64,000 nt of DNA. Origin: an uncultured Actinomycetota bacterium (GTDB taxonomy: Bacteria > Actinomycetota > Actinomycetes > Mycobacteriales > Micromonosporaceae). The stretch spans positions 699,648-763,647 of the forward strand of contig CAVRVS010000002.1 in assembly GCA_963724705.1 (NCBI GenBank), written 5' to 3'. Positions 62,736-64,000 of this stretch are shown piece after piece (the stretch's first letter is position 1; each line of letters opens with the position of its first letter). The position numbers and the translations under genes are program-made. A model generated the notes under the pieces. It ran no database searches. It saw nothing but the letters and a program-made list of their open reading frames with translations, and was not told where the DNA came from.

Positions 62736-64000
62736 GTGCTCTCGATCGTCATGGCAGCGCTGCGGGCGCGACGATCGTCGGTGGTCGCGTCTCGCGGCGA
62801 TCGGCGCGCCGTGCCCGTCCCGTTAATGCGTGTTGGCGCGGTCGATGCCATCGCCGCACTAGCGATCGGATTCGCGGCCGCCGGGCCGGCGTGTATGGCC
62901 GCGTTCGGGCGAGGCCACGCGGCGAACGGAGTCATTGTCGCCGCCGCGACGACCGTGGTCGTCATTTTCTTCGCATCATGGGCGATCTTCCTCGTCGGCG
63001 GCGTCCATCGATCCGCGCCTGATGCGCCCGATGCCAGGCCGCCGCGCTGGGGTCACGGATTCCCAGGCGGACTGGGTGCCGGCGCCGTTGGAGCGACGGG
63101 TGGTCTCATCATTGCCGCCGGCATCGCCTCGACCGCACCGATGGATCTTGCGCCGATCACAATCGGCCTCGGCATCACGGCGGCCGCGGTTGCCGTGGTC
63201 GCGTGTCGGGCCGGCAACACCCTTGGACATCGCCGCGCCACCCGGCTCCGTACGGCGACCGGCGTCGGCGAGGCGACCGATCGGCGCCAAGTCCCCCGCT
63301 GGCTCGTCGCCGCGGTCGTACTCACCGCGCTGGCCGCGGTCGCCCGTCACGCCGGTCCGGTCGGTGCCGATCTCGTGTCCTACATCGTCGGCGCCGCCGT
63401 TGCGTTCGTTGCCGCCGGAATCCTGCGACCCGTGGCTCGATGGATCGGCTGGCGGGCCGTACGTGTCACCGAGTCCGCCTCCGACGAGCGCCCGTACGTG
63501 ACGGTCGACGGCGGCGCGAGCATCGTCAGCGACGCCGCGGCATCCGAGAGTGCCGGAGCGAACGACGCCGTCGACACGTTACCGGCCGACGCTCCCAGGA
63601 CCGGGCGGTTCGTCCGCGGAACCATCGCCGCGACCGGCTACCTCGCCCGGCGACCCGGTCTCGATCAGGTCGTCGCGCTGGCCGTGGCCGGCATCGTGAT
63701 CGCTGGCGCGGCGACGCTTGCGTGGACGTCGGGCGTCACGGCCCGCCACGACCGCGCCGCGATCGAGCTTGGTGCGGATCGGGTGCTGACCGTGGCCCCC
63801 ATGCTGCCGGCGCGTCTTGTCGCCGACGTACGCGCGGCCGATCCAACCGGCCGACATGCAATGGCCGTCGTCGTTACGTCCGCCACCCCGGGAGGTGGCG
63901 CGGTCGTCGCCGTCGACGCTGAGCGGCTCGGCGCCGTCGTCTCGGGCGACGTACGGTCCGGCCCGACCGGCACGCACCTCGCCGCACTACTCCGGGACGG
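62736..64000 (+). CDS. Polytopic membrane protein, N-terminal part (possibly FtsX-like permease); continues right of window
   Basis: Not in the ORF track because it has no stop in the window. GGAGG lies 4 nt upstream of GTG 62736. My translation VLSIVMAALRARRSS...AIAALAIGFAAAGPACMAAF...VVVIFFASWAIFLVGG...LIIAAGIAS... stays open to base 64000 and is GC3-rich. Confidence 0.55.
   Translation, partial: MLSIVMAALRARRSSVVASRGDRRAVPVPLMRVGAVDAIAALAIGFAAAGPACMAAFGRGHAANGVIVAAATTVVVIFFASWAIFLVGGVHRSAPDAPDARPPRWGHGFPGGLGAGAVGATGGLIIAAGIASTAPMDLAPITIGLGITAAAVAVVACRAGNTLGHRRATRLRTATGVGEATDRRQVPRWLVAAVVLTALAAVARHAGPVGADLVSYIVGAAVAFVAAGILRPVARWIGWRAVRVTESASDERPYVTVDGGASIVSDAAASESAGANDAVDTLPADAPRTGRFVRGTIAATGYLARRPGLDQVVALAVAGIVIAGAATLAWTSGVTARHDRAAIELGADRVLTVAPMLPARLVADVRAADPTGRHAMAVVVTSATPGGGAVVAVDAERLGAVVSGDVRSGPTGTHLAALLRD

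Overview
Very GC-rich window with strong GC3 bias, from the chromosome of an Actinomycetota genome. Lineage clues are NucS, a FilP/Scy-like coiled-coil pair, a LAL regulator and leaderless -10-only promoters. I call about 58 protein genes (two are frameshifted), one tRNA-Asn(GTT), several stem-loop terminators, operator-like palindromes, and many short in-frame tandem repeats. I saw no rRNA, CRISPR, integrase or transposase.

Functional themes:
- Two ABC-2 exporter sets.
- Acyl-CoA / ethylmalonyl-CoA metabolism: meaA, ccr, mce, thiolase, meaB, icmA, a tandem 3-hydroxyacyl-CoA dehydrogenase, a hydratase and an ALDH.
- A GT2 / GH-like lipoprotein / GT-C operon of exopolysaccharide type.
- A MerR-patatin-acyltransferase operon.
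- Secreted hydrolases and peptidases: GH128-like, phytase-like, S53 and S9.
- Stress and regulatory genes: csp, Asp23, YciI plus ECF sigma, HxlR, XRE.

Best candidate for something undescribed: a 28-codon, 8-cysteine ORF at 18024-18110 (minus strand) with a consensus Shine-Dalgarno. The ORF track shows it only as the tail of a longer shadow ORF. It lies downstream of a metal-type MerR gene. That MerR gene has its own MerR-style 20-bp-spacer promoter and a leaderless start. A CCGAGAACC repeat array separates the two genes. Together this looks like a metal-inducible mini-metallothionein module.

Other second-look items:
- A 71-codon ORF translationally coupled to the LAL regulator, with a nearby 9-bp-arm palindrome.
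- Twin GGATAG-N5-CTATCC operators.
- Frameshift decay of meaA and the thiolase while ccr stays intact.
- The exopolysaccharide-type operon, whose GT2 carries a proline-rich pentapeptide-repeat tail.
- A tandem FilP/Scy-like gene pair.

All calls rest on reading the sequence and ORF translations and on remembered family motifs. No database search was run.
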